Shown here in pieces: positions 45,405 through 55,198 of a DNA stretch of 64,000 nucleotides. How positions within the stretch are numbered: position 1 is the first letter of the stretch; every line of letters starts with the position of its first letter. The translations under genes were made by a program, and so were the position numbers. The notes under the pieces are model-generated. The model saw only the letters and a program-made list of their open reading frames with translations, ran no database searches and was not told where the DNA came from. Source of the stretch: an uncultured Gemmatimonadales bacterium. Lineage in GTDB: Bacteria; Gemmatimonadota; Gemmatimonadetes; Gemmatimonadales; GWC2-71-9. The stretch covers positions 1,045,769-1,109,768 of the forward strand of contig CAWCMH010000001.1 of assembly GCA_963796635.1 (NCBI GenBank), given 5' to 3'.

Positions 45405-47318
45405 GTGAGCGTGTCGATCGTCGCGAGTCTGGGGGCCGGACATCGTACGCTCCAGAACCGGGAAATCCAGCATCTCGAGGTCAGCTCACGCCTCGGCGAG
45501 CCGCATCACTGCCTGATCCGTTTCGACCTCGACACCAGTTCCGGCGATTGCCTGCAGGACTTCCAGGGCGACCTCGCGGTCAATCTCGCCGACACCGAAT
45601 CGGGCGAGCAGGTCGCGCTGTTCAAGGGGATCATGACCGGCGGGACGCAGGATCACCAGCTCGACGGCGGATCGCGCTTCGAAATCCACGCCGACAGCCC
45701 GCTGCTGCTCGCCATGAGTCATCACGAATCCGCCACCAAATTTTCCACGCCATGGGACGTGGCCGCGTCCTCGTTGGGGCTCTCGGTGATCGGGGCACCG
45801 CGGTACAAGGTCCCGGTCGGCGGGTACGCGATGTTCGGCCAGACGCGGCTCGAGTTCGTGCAACGCATGGCCGATGACGCGGGGTTCTTCGTGATCGAGC
45901 GCGATGGCGCCGTGCAGTTGCGCTCCGAGTTCGACGATGCGGCGCGCTGCACCCTGACCTGGGGCGTCGATCTGCTCGCGCTCCGCGCGGAAAGCAGCCT
46001 GCGCAATCACCGCTTCCGCGGCGGCGTCTACGAGGAGAAGGCGAAAGCGGATTACCGGTTCCGCGACCAACGGCGCGATCCCGTCACCACGGGCGCCCTC
46101 AAGCTCACCACCGCCGTCAAGAACGCCGCGCCATCATTCGGCGACGCCACCGATGCCAACGTGGTGATGTCCGATTCGCGGGCCACCACGCGCGACGTGT
46201 TCCGCGACGCGCTGCTGCGCGAGAGTGAGCGCGCCCTCGGGGCCGCGGTGCTGGTGGCCGGCGAGTCGCGCAACATTCACGTGGCTCTCGGCAGCACGGT
46301 GCAGGTCGACGACGGTGCTTCCGCCAAGCTGACCGGATCCACCGGCGTGTTCGGGATCATCGAACTCCGCCACGTGTGGGATTCGGCCGAGTACCGGAAC
46401 GCGTTCACCGGGTCGCCGTGGAAGAATTTCAGCAACGCCATCCGCCCGCCGCTCGTTCCGGTACCCGGGCCGTTCCTCGCCGAGGCGCTGCAGACCGACC
46501 CCGCGGTCGTCGCCAAGGGCTTTCTCCACGTGCGGTTGGCTCACATGGACCGCGACGGCGAAAGTTTCCAGTTCGCGCGGCTGGTCGCGCCGTTCGGCGG
46601 CAATGGTCGCGGCGTCGTGTTCGTGCCCGAGCCCGGGGACGAAGTGCTGGTCGACTTTCTCCAGGGCGACCCCGAACACGCGATCGTGGTCGGCAGCCTG
46701 TGGAACGGCAAGGATGTGTGTCCCGGCCAGGAGCCAAAGCAGATCGTCACGAAGAGCGGCAACGTCCTGGCGCTGCACGACGACGGCTGGATCGAGCTGT
46801 ACACCCCCAAGGGGAAGTGCATGCTGCAGATGAGCAGCACGTCGAGCGGTACGCCGCGCGTGACGTTGCATTCCGAGGGCGACCTGGTGCTCGAGGCCAA
46901 GGGACAGATCCAGCTGCGTGGGGCGTCCTTGCACGAAGCCATCGGCGGCGGCGTCAAGCGGGACATCACCGGTGACGAAGTGGTCAAGATCGGTGGGTCG
47001 ATGACGCACGAAGCCACCGGACTGATGAAGCACAAGGGCGGCACCGGGTCGATCGTCGACGGGGCCGGGTCGACCGTGGCGCTGTCGGCTGACTCCGCCC
47101 GCATGACATCGCCGATGAGCGTGGTCGAGGGGACCGCCGCAGCGATCGTCTCGGCGGCCATGGTCGAGCTCAATCCTCCCGCGGTCCCGCCCGCGGTACC
47201 GGTCGTGGAGATTCCCGCCCAGGTACCCGACGCACTCGCCACCACGTGGAAGGAGCGGGGCGTACCGCCGGAGACGCCGCTGTTCGACACCGGCCAGGAT
47301 TCCGGGCCGGGCGCCTAG
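45405..47318 (+). CDS. vgrG: VgrG/TssI spike protein
   Basis: GTG 45405 after aggag. 637 aa. gp5 OB-fold block FARLVAPFGGNGRGVVFVPEPGDEVLVDFLQGDPEHAIVVGSLWNG. The N-terminal gp27-like part includes FVQRMADDAGFFVIERDG. A Gly-rich beta-helical tail follows. Confidence 0.85.
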   Translation: MSVSIVASLGAGHRTLQNREIQHLEVSSRLGEPHHCLIRFDLDTSSGDCLQDFQGDLAVNLADTESGEQVALFKGIMTGGTQDHQLDGGSRFEIHADSPLLLAMSHHESATKFSTPWDVAASSLGLSVIGAPRYKVPVGGYAMFGQTRLEFVQRMADDAGFFVIERDGAVQLRSEFDDAARCTLTWGVDLLALRAESSLRNHRFRGGVYEEKAKADYRFRDQRRDPVTTGALKLTTAVKNAAPSFGDATDANVVMSDSRATTRDVFRDALLRESERALGAAVLVAGESRNIHVALGSTVQVDDGASAKLTGSTGVFGIIELRHVWDSAEYRNAFTGSPWKNFSNAIRPPLVPVPGPFLAEALQTDPAVVAKGFLHVRLAHMDRDGESFQFARLVAPFGGNGRGVVFVPEPGDEVLVDFLQGDPEHAIVVGSLWNGKDVCPGQEPKQIVTKSGNVLALHDDGWIELYTPKGKCMLQMSSTSSGTPRVTLHSEGDLVLEAKGQIQLRGASLHEAIGGGVKRDITGDEVVKIGGSMTHEATGLMKHKGGTGSIVDGAGSTVALSADSARMTSPMSVVEGTAAAIVSAAMVELNPPAVPPAVPVVEIPAQVPDALATTWKERGVPPETPLFDTGQDSGPGA

Positions 47319-47321
47319 CAC

Positions 47322-49034
47322 GTGAACTCGACCACGTCGGTCCTCGGAGCGGCGGCGCGCGACGCCGGCGAAATCGCCGCGGAGCTGCGCCGGGAGTTCG
47401 ACGTCGCGCTGCAGCAGCGTTACGGCGCGCAGGCCCAGCCCGATCCCGTGCTGACCACGCTCTTCCACGCCTTCGCCACGCAGATCGGACGGCTGTACCG
47501 CGAGGCGGAGTATGCCTTTCCGCTGGGCGTGCTGGAAGACCTGCTCGCCGGACTGGGCATGCCGCCGCGGCTTGCCTCGCCGGCACAGAGCATCGTCGCT
47601 TTCACCGGCATCACCCAGCGCGAACGCCTGCCTCTTGAAACCGAATTGATCGGCATGGCGCCATCGGGCGAGCGGTTTGCATTCGTCCCCGACGTGTCGA
47701 TCGAACTTGCGGCAACGGAACTCCGCTTCGCGGCCGTCTACGAGGCGGGCCGCCTGACGTCGCTGTCCGGCGCGAGACCGGTGCCGGGGGGCGCCTTCGC
47801 GACGCCATCGACGGCCGCGCTGCCGCTCGGCAACGCGCCACCAGCCCTCTATCTCGCGTTTGATCCGCCGGATGGCGCGCACCTCAGCGGCCTCGGATTG
47901 ATGATCGAAACGCTGCCGCTCGGCGGCCCGCTGGCCCACGCCCTGGCGCGCAGCCCATGGCACATTCTCGATCCGTCCGGAGCCGCCGCCGAACGAGGCA
48001 CGCTGCGGGCGCGCCCGGGCGCGGGGGGGACGCGACGGCTGGGTTGGCTCGACGAAGCAACCGGGCCGGACGCAGAGCCGGATCGCACCATCGCGGTCGC
48101 CGACGCCGGACCGTACGGCGACCAGGTCTTTGTCTTTCCGCCCATTCCGGCGGCCTGCGCATGGCGCAGCCCGGTCCCGGCCGCCATCACCAGTGCGTTG
48201 CCGGCCCTGCTGCTGCCGGAACAGGCGAAAGGGCTCGCCAAGCCATTGGTTTGGGTGCACGTGCCGCTGGCGCCGGGCTTGACCGCCGTGGCGAGCGCAG
48301 TGCAGCGACTGGCGGTCAATGCGGTCACGGTCTCCAACATGGAAATCGTGGCGGAACAGGTGCCGTTCGATCGCATGGGCAGCGTGGTCACGCTCGAGCC
48401 GGAAGGGAAGCGCGGCCGGTTTCTGATGGGCGTGCTGGGTATCTCGGGTGAACACGGCATGGCATACGCGCCCGACGCGGCGCTCGACGTGCCGCTCGAC
48501 GGCGGACGGTGGCGCTATCGCGACGGCCGACTCGACCTCCGGCCGGCAGTCGGACCGACCGGAAGACTCGACACCTATGCGATGATCCGTCTGCTGTACT
48601 GCGACGGTGCCAGCGCCAACGGCATTGCGCCCGGTGCGATCAAGCAGATCGGACTGCCGCTCACGAACGTGACGGCGCACGTCGCGAACCTCGTGCCGAC
48701 GCGCGCCGGCGCAGCGCCGCCCGAATACGCACCCGCGAAGCTCCGCTTCGCCGAACTGGTGCGCACGCGCGAGCGCGTGGTGACGGCCGCTGATGCCGAG
48801 ATCGCCACGCGAGTGTTCGAGCCGCGGATCCGCGAGATCGCGGTGACGCCGATCACGTCCATGAATTCCGGGGTGTCACAACACGGACAGCGCGTGACCG
48901 CCACGATTCGTCGCAGTGAATTTGCCGATGCCGATGCCGAAGCCCCGCGGCTGGAATCGGAGCTGACGCGACACCTGCAGCAACGTGCCGTGCTGGGCTT
49001 CGAGGTCGTGGTGACGGTGGTCGTCGGTGACTGA
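47322..49034 (+). CDS. tssF: TssF-like baseplate protein
   Basis: GTG 47322. 570 aa. ..DPVLTTLFHAFATQIGRLYREAEYAFPLGVLEDLLAGLGMPPRLASPAQSIVAF resembles the TssF N-terminal block. Order is vgrG-tssF-tssG. Confidence 0.6.
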   Translation: MNSTTSVLGAAARDAGEIAAELRREFDVALQQRYGAQAQPDPVLTTLFHAFATQIGRLYREAEYAFPLGVLEDLLAGLGMPPRLASPAQSIVAFTGITQRERLPLETELIGMAPSGERFAFVPDVSIELAATELRFAAVYEAGRLTSLSGARPVPGGAFATPSTAALPLGNAPPALYLAFDPPDGAHLSGLGLMIETLPLGGPLAHALARSPWHILDPSGAAAERGTLRARPGAGGTRRLGWLDEATGPDAEPDRTIAVADAGPYGDQVFVFPPIPAACAWRSPVPAAITSALPALLLPEQAKGLAKPLVWVHVPLAPGLTAVASAVQRLAVNAVTVSNMEIVAEQVPFDRMGSVVTLEPEGKRGRFLMGVLGISGEHGMAYAPDAALDVPLDGGRWRYRDGRLDLRPAVGPTGRLDTYAMIRLLYCDGASANGIAPGAIKQIGLPLTNVTAHVANLVPTRAGAAPPEYAPAKLRFAELVRTRERVVTAADAEIATRVFEPRIREIAVTPITSMNSGVSQHGQRVTATIRRSEFADADAEAPRLESELTRHLQQRAVLGFEVVVTVVVGD

Positions 49035-49947
49035 CGCCGTGCGGATCATGCCGGATCTTGCGGGCATTCGGCGGAGCGTGCGTCACCGCGTCGATTCCGC
49101 ACTGCTCACGCTCCTGCGCATGGGCACCGATTTCAGTCGCATCGTGCTCGAAAGTGCCGGTGCCGGCGAGTCGCCCGGCGCCGTCGTCGCACAGAGTCCG
49201 GAGCCGGGCGTCGAGCTGACGCCGGCAACGCGCATCGTACTCCGCATCGGCGGCGGCGGTGCGATGGACCTGATGCCGTTTCCGTTGCGGGACGAGAGCG
49301 ACACCGAGCTGCGTGGCGACCGATTCTTCGCCTTGTTCGACAATCCGGCCCTCAAGCTTGGCTTCTACCTGCGGCACGGCGGCGGCTACCTCGCGCTCCA
49401 CCCCGACGAGCCGCTCACGGCGCGCCGTTGGCTGGAAGATCTCTTTGCCATCCCGTCGACACCCTGGCAGCAGGCGCGGTGGCACGCCGTGGCCCGGCTG
49501 GTGCCGCGCCTGCATGCGCTCGGCGGCACCGAAGCGGCCGTGCGCGTGGCGATGGGCGCCGTGTTTGCCTTGCCAGTCGAACGGGTCGTGGTGACCCGCG
49601 ACGTCGTGCCGTTCGATCAGGGTGACGTCGTCCGACTCGGCGCACACGGCGGACGCCTCGGATTTGATGCGGTGCTGGGACGCGGCGTCGTTGGCGTTGC
49701 ACGGGTGACCGTGACGTTCGGGCCGCTGTCGCTGGCGCAGTGGCGCGAGGCGTCGACGGATGCGGCCACCGCCGAGCGGCGTGCGCTCTATCCGCTCATC
49801 CTCCCGGCGCACGTGGCGCGCCACGTCGACGAGCGCTGGCGCGTGGGTCACGCCTCGGCGGGCACGCGGCTGGGCAACGCCGCTCGACCGGCACTTCTGG
49901 GCGTGAATGCATATCTTGCGAGTACCCCTCCGAGGAAGGTTGCATGA
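49027..49947 (+). CDS. tssG: TssG-like baseplate protein with an unusual PASTA-like N-terminal segment
   Basis: GTG 49027 overlaps tssF by 8 nt. 306 aa. The C-terminal half (..RLGAHGGRLGFDAVLGRGVVGVARVTVTFGPLSLAQW..LILPAHVARHVDERW..RLGNAARPALLGVNAYL) fits TssG. Confidence 0.55.
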   Translation: MTDAVRIMPDLAGIRRSVRHRVDSALLTLLRMGTDFSRIVLESAGAGESPGAVVAQSPEPGVELTPATRIVLRIGGGGAMDLMPFPLRDESDTELRGDRFFALFDNPALKLGFYLRHGGGYLALHPDEPLTARRWLEDLFAIPSTPWQQARWHAVARLVPRLHALGGTEAAVRVAMGAVFALPVERVVVTRDVVPFDQGDVVRLGAHGGRLGFDAVLGRGVVGVARVTVTFGPLSLAQWREASTDAATAERRALYPLILPAHVARHVDERWRVGHASAGTRLGNAARPALLGVNAYLASTPPRKVA

Positions 49948-51560
49948 GCAGCAGCGATGATGGCCTGACGTCCGTCAACTGGGTCTCCGGCATGCTGCTC
50001 ACCCCGGAGCATTTCCGGATCCAGGATCGGTACGTTGAGGCCTCCGTCGAGTGGCTGCTCAAGTACTGCATCCCGGCCACCGGCCTGGTGGGCGCGGGCG
50101 TGCGACTGGACGCATCGGCCCGCGGTCTCGTGGCGCATGATCCCCGATTCGACGTGCACGACGATGGTCAGACGGTGAGCGTCACGGTGCTGCAGGCGCG
50201 CGGCGTGACCGGCGCCGGATATCCGATCGACGTCGCACCGGCGGCGCAATTGCGCGGCGAAACGGCGCGCAGCGAACTGGCGGGTGCCAAGGAAGTGTTC
50301 GTGCACGTGGTGTATACCGGCGTTCGACGCGAGGATCCCGCCTCGGTTGGCGCCGACGGGGCAAATCCGACGATGGCCGCGCGCAGTCGCGCCGGATACG
50401 AAATCCGGTTCGGCGTCCCGGCGGACATGCTGCCGCAGGCGCTGATCGTCGGCCGCCTCAAGCGGGCGAGTGACTCGCTCGCGTTCGAACGCGACGCGCA
50501 GTTCATCCCCGCCTGTGCCACGATGATGGCGCACAGCGAGCTCTACGCGGGCTGGTCGAAACTGCAGAGTGAACTCGGGTTGCTCGGCGGCACGTTCGGC
50601 GAGCTGCACCGGGCAGTGGCCCGGTACGCCGAGCAGGTGGCGCTCCGCGGCGTTGACGCGCGTCCCGATCTCGATGTGCTGGCCTTTGCGGAGCGCACGG
50701 TGCTGGGGCTCGATCATTGCGCCTCCGAGACCGCCGACGCGACCATCGACCCACGCCGCTTCTTCGAACAGGTCGACCAGCTGGGACGCCGGGTGGCGCT
50801 GGCGCTCGACCTGAGCAGTTCGACCCAGTCGTACTTCCAGACGCTCGCGGGCGCCGATGCGAGTTACGGCGAGTTGCTGGAGGCCGAGCGCGGCATCCTG
50901 GCGGCCCGCCGGGAACTCGCGGCCCGCGACGACCTGCGTCAATCGCTGGCGCGCGCCGGCGAGACGCTGCAGCGCATCCGCCGCGTCGCCGAAGCGCTGG
51001 AAGGCAAGTACATCGACTATCGCATCAATCATTCGCTCGACGCCATCAAGTTCCTCCTCGATCGGCAGGGCGACCAGTTCTATGTCGCCGTCGCCACGCC
51101 GGGACGGCCGCAGCGCGATGGAGATCTGCTCACCTTCGTGTTCAATCAGCTGGCCCTGACGGGACGCCACGAGTACCGTCTCGCGCTGCTCGGGGATCCC
51201 CAAGGGGTGTCCGGGTGGCAGGTCGGCGACGAGGTGCAGGTCGATCTGCGCATCAATGCCGATGGCGCGCCCGGCCGCCCGATGTCGCGCGCCGTGGTGT
51301 GCGAGATTCCCGGGCAACGCAATTTCGGCATCAATTTCGAAACGCCGCCGGATGTGGCCACCATCGCCGGCATCAACGTGCAGGTGCATCCCGCGCATCG
51401 CATTCGAGGCGCGATTCTGTTTCAACGGCGGCTCGGCCTCGTCGCAAACGCCGCGGTCGCGGCACCACCGCCTGTTGCGACGCCTCCGTCGGTCGGTCCG
51501 TCCGCGCCGCCGCCAGCCCCGGTAATGCCCAAGATCGTCATTCGAAAGCCACGTGCCTGA
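49944..51560 (+). CDS. tssK: TssK-like baseplate protein with a long Pro-rich C-terminal extension
   Basis: ATG 49944 (ATGA overlap). The N-terminal VNWVSGMLLTPEHFRIQDRYVE matches the TssK signature (W.eGm.L.PqHFQq.DRy). 538 aa. Confidence 0.65.
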   Translation: MSSSDDGLTSVNWVSGMLLTPEHFRIQDRYVEASVEWLLKYCIPATGLVGAGVRLDASARGLVAHDPRFDVHDDGQTVSVTVLQARGVTGAGYPIDVAPAAQLRGETARSELAGAKEVFVHVVYTGVRREDPASVGADGANPTMAARSRAGYEIRFGVPADMLPQALIVGRLKRASDSLAFERDAQFIPACATMMAHSELYAGWSKLQSELGLLGGTFGELHRAVARYAEQVALRGVDARPDLDVLAFAERTVLGLDHCASETADATIDPRRFFEQVDQLGRRVALALDLSSSTQSYFQTLAGADASYGELLEAERGILAARRELAARDDLRQSLARAGETLQRIRRVAEALEGKYIDYRINHSLDAIKFLLDRQGDQFYVAVATPGRPQRDGDLLTFVFNQLALTGRHEYRLALLGDPQGVSGWQVGDEVQVDLRINADGAPGRPMSRAVVCEIPGQRNFGINFETPPDVATIAGINVQVHPAHRIRGAILFQRRLGLVANAAVAAPPPVATPPSVGPSAPPPAPVMPKIVIRKPRA

Positions 51561-51584
51561 GCCGCTGAGCCTGCGAGGTGCAGC

Positions 51585-54281
51585 ATGGACCTGAATCGGT
51601 TGTCGATGGACCTTACCGGCGCCATCGAAGAGGCCCGCCGGGTTGCCGCGCGTTCGGGCGCAGCATACATCCGGCCCAGGCACCTGATGCTTGCGCTGCT
51701 GGCCGACAATGGCGCGCTTACCGTCGTCGCGGGGCGGCTGGGATTGGATGCCGCGATGGCCCGCCGGTTTGTCGACGGGGTCACCGACAGCGACAACGAA
51801 GGCAAGCTGGTGCCCGGGCAGCAACCGATCGCCAGTCGCGCGTTGCGCGATCTGCTTGACCGGGCCACCGCGCTTGCCGACAAGCGCGGCGTCCGCATCG
51901 TCGGCCCGATCGACATTGCCCTCGCCGCAACGCAATCGCCCGGACTGCCGGTGGGCGGTGCGCTGGTCGACGCCGGCTGGTCACCCGACCGCCTCGACAC
52001 CGCGGTGGAGAGTCCGGTCGCGAACCAGCCAGCACCGGCGGCGGCCGACAACACCGACACTCCGGATGCGCCGCAGGGCAGCCAGCTGGCGCGATTCTGC
52101 CGGGATCTCACCCAGGCGGCGCGCGATGGCAAACTTGCGCCGGTGATCGGGCGGGACGTCGAGCTTCGCAGCGTACTGCAGACGCTGCTGCGCCGATCGA
52201 AGAACAATCCCGTGCTGGTCGGTGACCCCGGCACCGGCAAGACGGCCGTCGTGGAGGCGCTCGCGCAGCGGATCGTGGCGGGTGACGTCCCCGCCTCGCT
52301 GCGCAATTGCCGCGTGATGGCGCTGGACCTGACGGGCCTCGTCGCGGGCGCCAAGTATCGGGGTGAATTCGAGGAGCGCATCAAGGCCGTCGTCGACGAA
52401 GTGCGGGCCGCCGAGGACGTGATCCTGTTTCTCGATGAGCTGCATACGCTTGTCGGCGCGGGCGGCAACGCCGGCGGCATGGATGCCGCCAACATTCTCA
52501 AGCCGCCGTTGGCGCGCGGCGAATTGCGCTGCATCGGCGCCACCACGCATGACGAGTACCGCGAGTCGATCGAGAAGGACGGTGCGCTCGCCCGTCGCTT
52601 CGAGAAGGTCATTGTCGATGAACCTGACGACGAAACGGTCCTGGCGATGTTGCGGGGCGTGAAGTCGAAGTTCGAGGCGCACCATGGCGTGCGCATCACC
52701 GAAGACGCGCTGCAAGCCACCGTGAAACTTGCGCGGCGCCACCTGCGCGACCGCTTCTTCCCGGACAAGGCGTTCGACGTGCTTGACGAGGCCGCCGCGC
52801 GCCTGCGCATGCAGCACGAATCGAAACCCGACCGGATCGACGAACTGGAACGCACCCTGGTCCGGCTCGAAGGGCGCCGCGCGGCGCTCGAACTCGGCGG
52901 GAAGAAGTCGGGCGACATCGCCGCCATCGACAAGGACATTGCCACGCATCGCGCCGAGCTCGCCGGACTGCTCGATCGCTGGAATGCGGAGCGCGAAGTA
53001 TCCAGCGGCCTGCAGCAGACCCGCGCCGCCCTGGAAGCCAAGCAGCAGGAACTCGCCGCCGCCGAATCGGCGGGTGATGTGGCGCGCGTGGCCGGCTTGC
53101 GGCACGTCGAGATCGAGGGTTTGCTGCGCCAGGAAGCGCAATTGTCGTCGCGACTCGAGGAACTCGCGACCCAGGGGCTGCTGATTCCGCAGGAGGTCGG
53201 TCCGACCGATATCGCCGACGTGGTGGCGCGGCGCGCGCGCATTCCGTTGTCGCGCATGATGGAGAGCGAACGGGAGCGCCTGCTCAAGCTCGAAGCGCGC
53301 CTTGCCGAACGCGTGATCGGTCAGGCGGAGGCGGTCGAAACCCTGGCCGAAGCGGCACGACGCATGCGCGCCGACCTGCGCAAGAAGCGCAAGCCGGCCT
53401 CATTCCTGTTCGTCGGTCCCACCGGCGTGGGCAAGACCGAACTCGCCAAGGCCCTCGCGGGCGCGCTGTTCGACGACGACAGCGCGCTGATCCGGATCGA
53501 CATGGCGGAGTACAAGGATTCCGGATCGGTGTCGGGGCTGATCGGGTCGCGACCGGGGCTGGTCGGGTCAGAGCAGGGCGGCTTCCTCACGGAACAGGTG
53601 CGCCGGTCTCCCAACTCGATCGTACTGTTCGATGAAATCGAGAAGGCCCATCCCGAAGTGATCGACATCCTGCTCGGCGTGCTCGACGAAGGCCGTCTCA
53701 CCGACGCCAAGGGCCGCTTCTGCGACTTCACCAACACGATCATCCTGCTGACCTCCAATCTCGGCGTGAAGGAGGCGGTCGCCGCCACCGACGACCTGGC
53801 GCAGCGCAAGGAGATCATCATGAAGGTGGTGCAGAGCACGCTGCGGCCCGAGTTGTTCAACCGGTTGAGCGGCGTCATCCCGTTCAACGCACTCGACGTG
53901 CCAACGCTGCGCGAGATCGTGCGCATCAACCTGCGGGGCGTGGCGGCGCAGGTGGCTGAGCAGCATCAGGCCACGCTCGAGGCCGATGAGGACGCGGTGG
54001 CGTTGCTGGCCGAGCAGGCCTACGATCCCGCGTACGGTGCGCGCCCGGTCGAGCGAACCATCGATCGCATGGTGCTGTCGGATCTGTCGCGGCTGATCAT
54101 CGGGGGCGAGGTGCAGCCCGATGCGCTGGTGCTGCTCACGCCCGAGAATGACACCATCGCCATTCTCGTCGGCGACGAGGCGGAGGTGCGCGCTGCGGCG
54201 AACGACATTCGCGCGGCGCGTCCGGCCCCCACGCCGCCGCCAGTCGGCGACGCCACGCAGCCCGCGAGCGCTTCCGCGTGA
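51585..54281 (+). CDS. clpV: ClpV/TssH AAA+ ATPase (ClpB family)
   Basis: ATG 51585. 898 aa. Clp_N-like N-domain; Walker A GDPGTGKT and GPTGVGKT; Walker B ILFLDELH and [12 protein letters not shown]; a coiled-coil middle region. Located at the end of the T6SS core. Confidence 0.8.
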   Translation: MDLNRLSMDLTGAIEEARRVAARSGAAYIRPRHLMLALLADNGALTVVAGRLGLDAAMARRFVDGVTDSDNEGKLVPGQQPIASRALRDLLDRATALADKRGVRIVGPIDIALAATQSPGLPVGGALVDAGWSPDRLDTAVESPVANQPAPAAADNTDTPDAPQGSQLARFCRDLTQAARDGKLAPVIGRDVELRSVLQTLLRRSKNNPVLVGDPGTGKTAVVEALAQRIVAGDVPASLRNCRVMALDLTGLVAGAKYRGEFEERIKAVVDEVRAAEDVILFLDELHTLVGAGGNAGGMDAANILKPPLARGELRCIGATTHDEYRESIEKDGALARRFEKVIVDEPDDETVLAMLRGVKSKFEAHHGVRITEDALQATVKLARRHLRDRFFPDKAFDVLDEAAARLRMQHESKPDRIDELERTLVRLEGRRAALELGGKKSGDIAAIDKDIATHRAELAGLLDRWNAEREVSSGLQQTRAALEAKQQELAAAESAGDVARVAGLRHVEIEGLLRQEAQLSSRLEELATQGLLIPQEVGPTDIADVVARRARIPLSRMMESERERLLKLEARLAERVIGQAEAVETLAEAARRMRADLRKKRKPASFLFVGPTGVGKTELAKALAGALFDDDSALIRIDMAEYKDSGSVSGLIGSRPGLVGSEQGGFLTEQVRRSPNSIVLFDEIEKAHPEVIDILLGVLDEGRLTDAKGRFCDFTNTIILLTSNLGVKEAVAATDDLAQRKEIIMKVVQSTLRPELFNRLSGVIPFNALDVPTLREIVRINLRGVAAQVAEQHQATLEADEDAVALLAEQAYDPAYGARPVERTIDRMVLSDLSRLIIGGEVQPDALVLLTPENDTIAILVGDEAEVRAAANDIRAARPAPTPPPVGDATQPASASA

Positions 54282-55198
54282 AAGCCGTGTGCCTGCTGGT
54301 CTGGGTGTGCGGCGCGTCGGTCGCCATCGGCGCACCCGCGGCGGCACAGGACGTGGTCCAGAGCCAGACCGAGAAGGACGCCCTGCTCCACTTCTGCCAG
54401 CAGACTGACCTCACCGCGCCGGCGACGGTCGAAGGCGCCAAGGACCGCAGCGACTGCTGGAAGCGGATGCAGCTGGAAGGGATGTCCGATCCGGTGGTCG
54501 ATGCAAAGTACCAGGCTGCGGTGTCGGCCTACGACGCGGCTGTCGCCGCCGATTCCGTGCGCCACAGTCGCGATTCGAGCACGACCGCGATCGACGCGCG
54601 CATGAAGGCGGTCGAGAATTCCATCCGGGCGCGCAACCTCGACGATGCCGACAACTCGGTCAACGACATTCTTGCGATTCAACCCCAGAATCAGCGTGCA
54701 CTCGCCTTTCGCGACCGCATCGCCGCGCTCAAGCGGGCTCGCCAGCTGAAGATCACGCTGTTCGCGATTGGCGCCGCGGTGCTGGTGCTCGCCGCCGGCC
54801 TTGGCGTCTTCGCCAAGAAACTGGCCGAGCGGCACGGTGCCACCGTCGCACAACGAAAAGTCGACGCCGCCAATCGCAAGGCGATGGTCAAGGTCGTCGA
54901 TGGAATCGGTCGCGGAAAGTTCTACCCCATCGAAAATGCCGTCTTTCGCATCGGGGCGGCGGCTTCCGACAAGGTCGATGAACGCAATGACCTCGTGCTC
55001 AGCGACTCGGCCGGCGCCATCTCGCGTTTTCACTGCTCGATCGTGCGCCGCGACGGACGGTTCTACCTGATCGATTCCTCGCTCAACGGCACCGAGCTCA
55101 ACGAGGACCTACTCGACCGTGGCGAGGATCATCGCCTGACCGACGGCGACGAGTTCACCCTGGCCAGCGTCACGCGCCTCAAGTTTCTGGTGATGTAG
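54278..55198 (+). CDS. Module copy A: signal peptide, periplasmic domain, TM and cytoplasmic FHA domain
   Basis: GTG 54278 (GTGA overlap with the clpV stop). [23 protein letters not shown]. Periplasmic [85 protein letters not shown]. Paralog of 59668-60621. Confidence 0.75.
   Translation: MKAVCLLVWVCGASVAIGAPAAAQDVVQSQTEKDALLHFCQQTDLTAPATVEGAKDRSDCWKRMQLEGMSDPVVDAKYQAAVSAYDAAVAADSVRHSRDSSTTAIDARMKAVENSIRARNLDDADNSVNDILAIQPQNQRALAFRDRIAALKRARQLKITLFAIGAAVLVLAAGLGVFAKKLAERHGATVAQRKVDAANRKAMVKVVDGIGRGKFYPIENAVFRIGAAASDKVDERNDLVLSDSAGAISRFHCSIVRRDGRFYLIDSSLNGTELNEDLLDRGEDHRLTDGDEFTLASVTRLKFLVM

Noticed and set aside
46134-53287. Long minus-strand ORFs (46134-48680, 49848-51935, 51422-53287) opposite vgrG/tssF, tssK and clpV
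   Set aside because: They are Arg/Gly/His/Asp-rich low-complexity translations antisense to genes with clear VgrG, TssK and ClpV motifs, so they are not credible coding regions.
36747-54281. Interpretation as a prophage tail, tailocin or extracellular contractile injection system
   Set aside because: There are no capsid, terminase, tape-measure, tail-fibre or lysis genes. The sheath is split into TssB/TssC, and a ClpV-type disassembly ATPase, TssK, PAAR and DUF4123 are present. These features are characteristic of T6SS.
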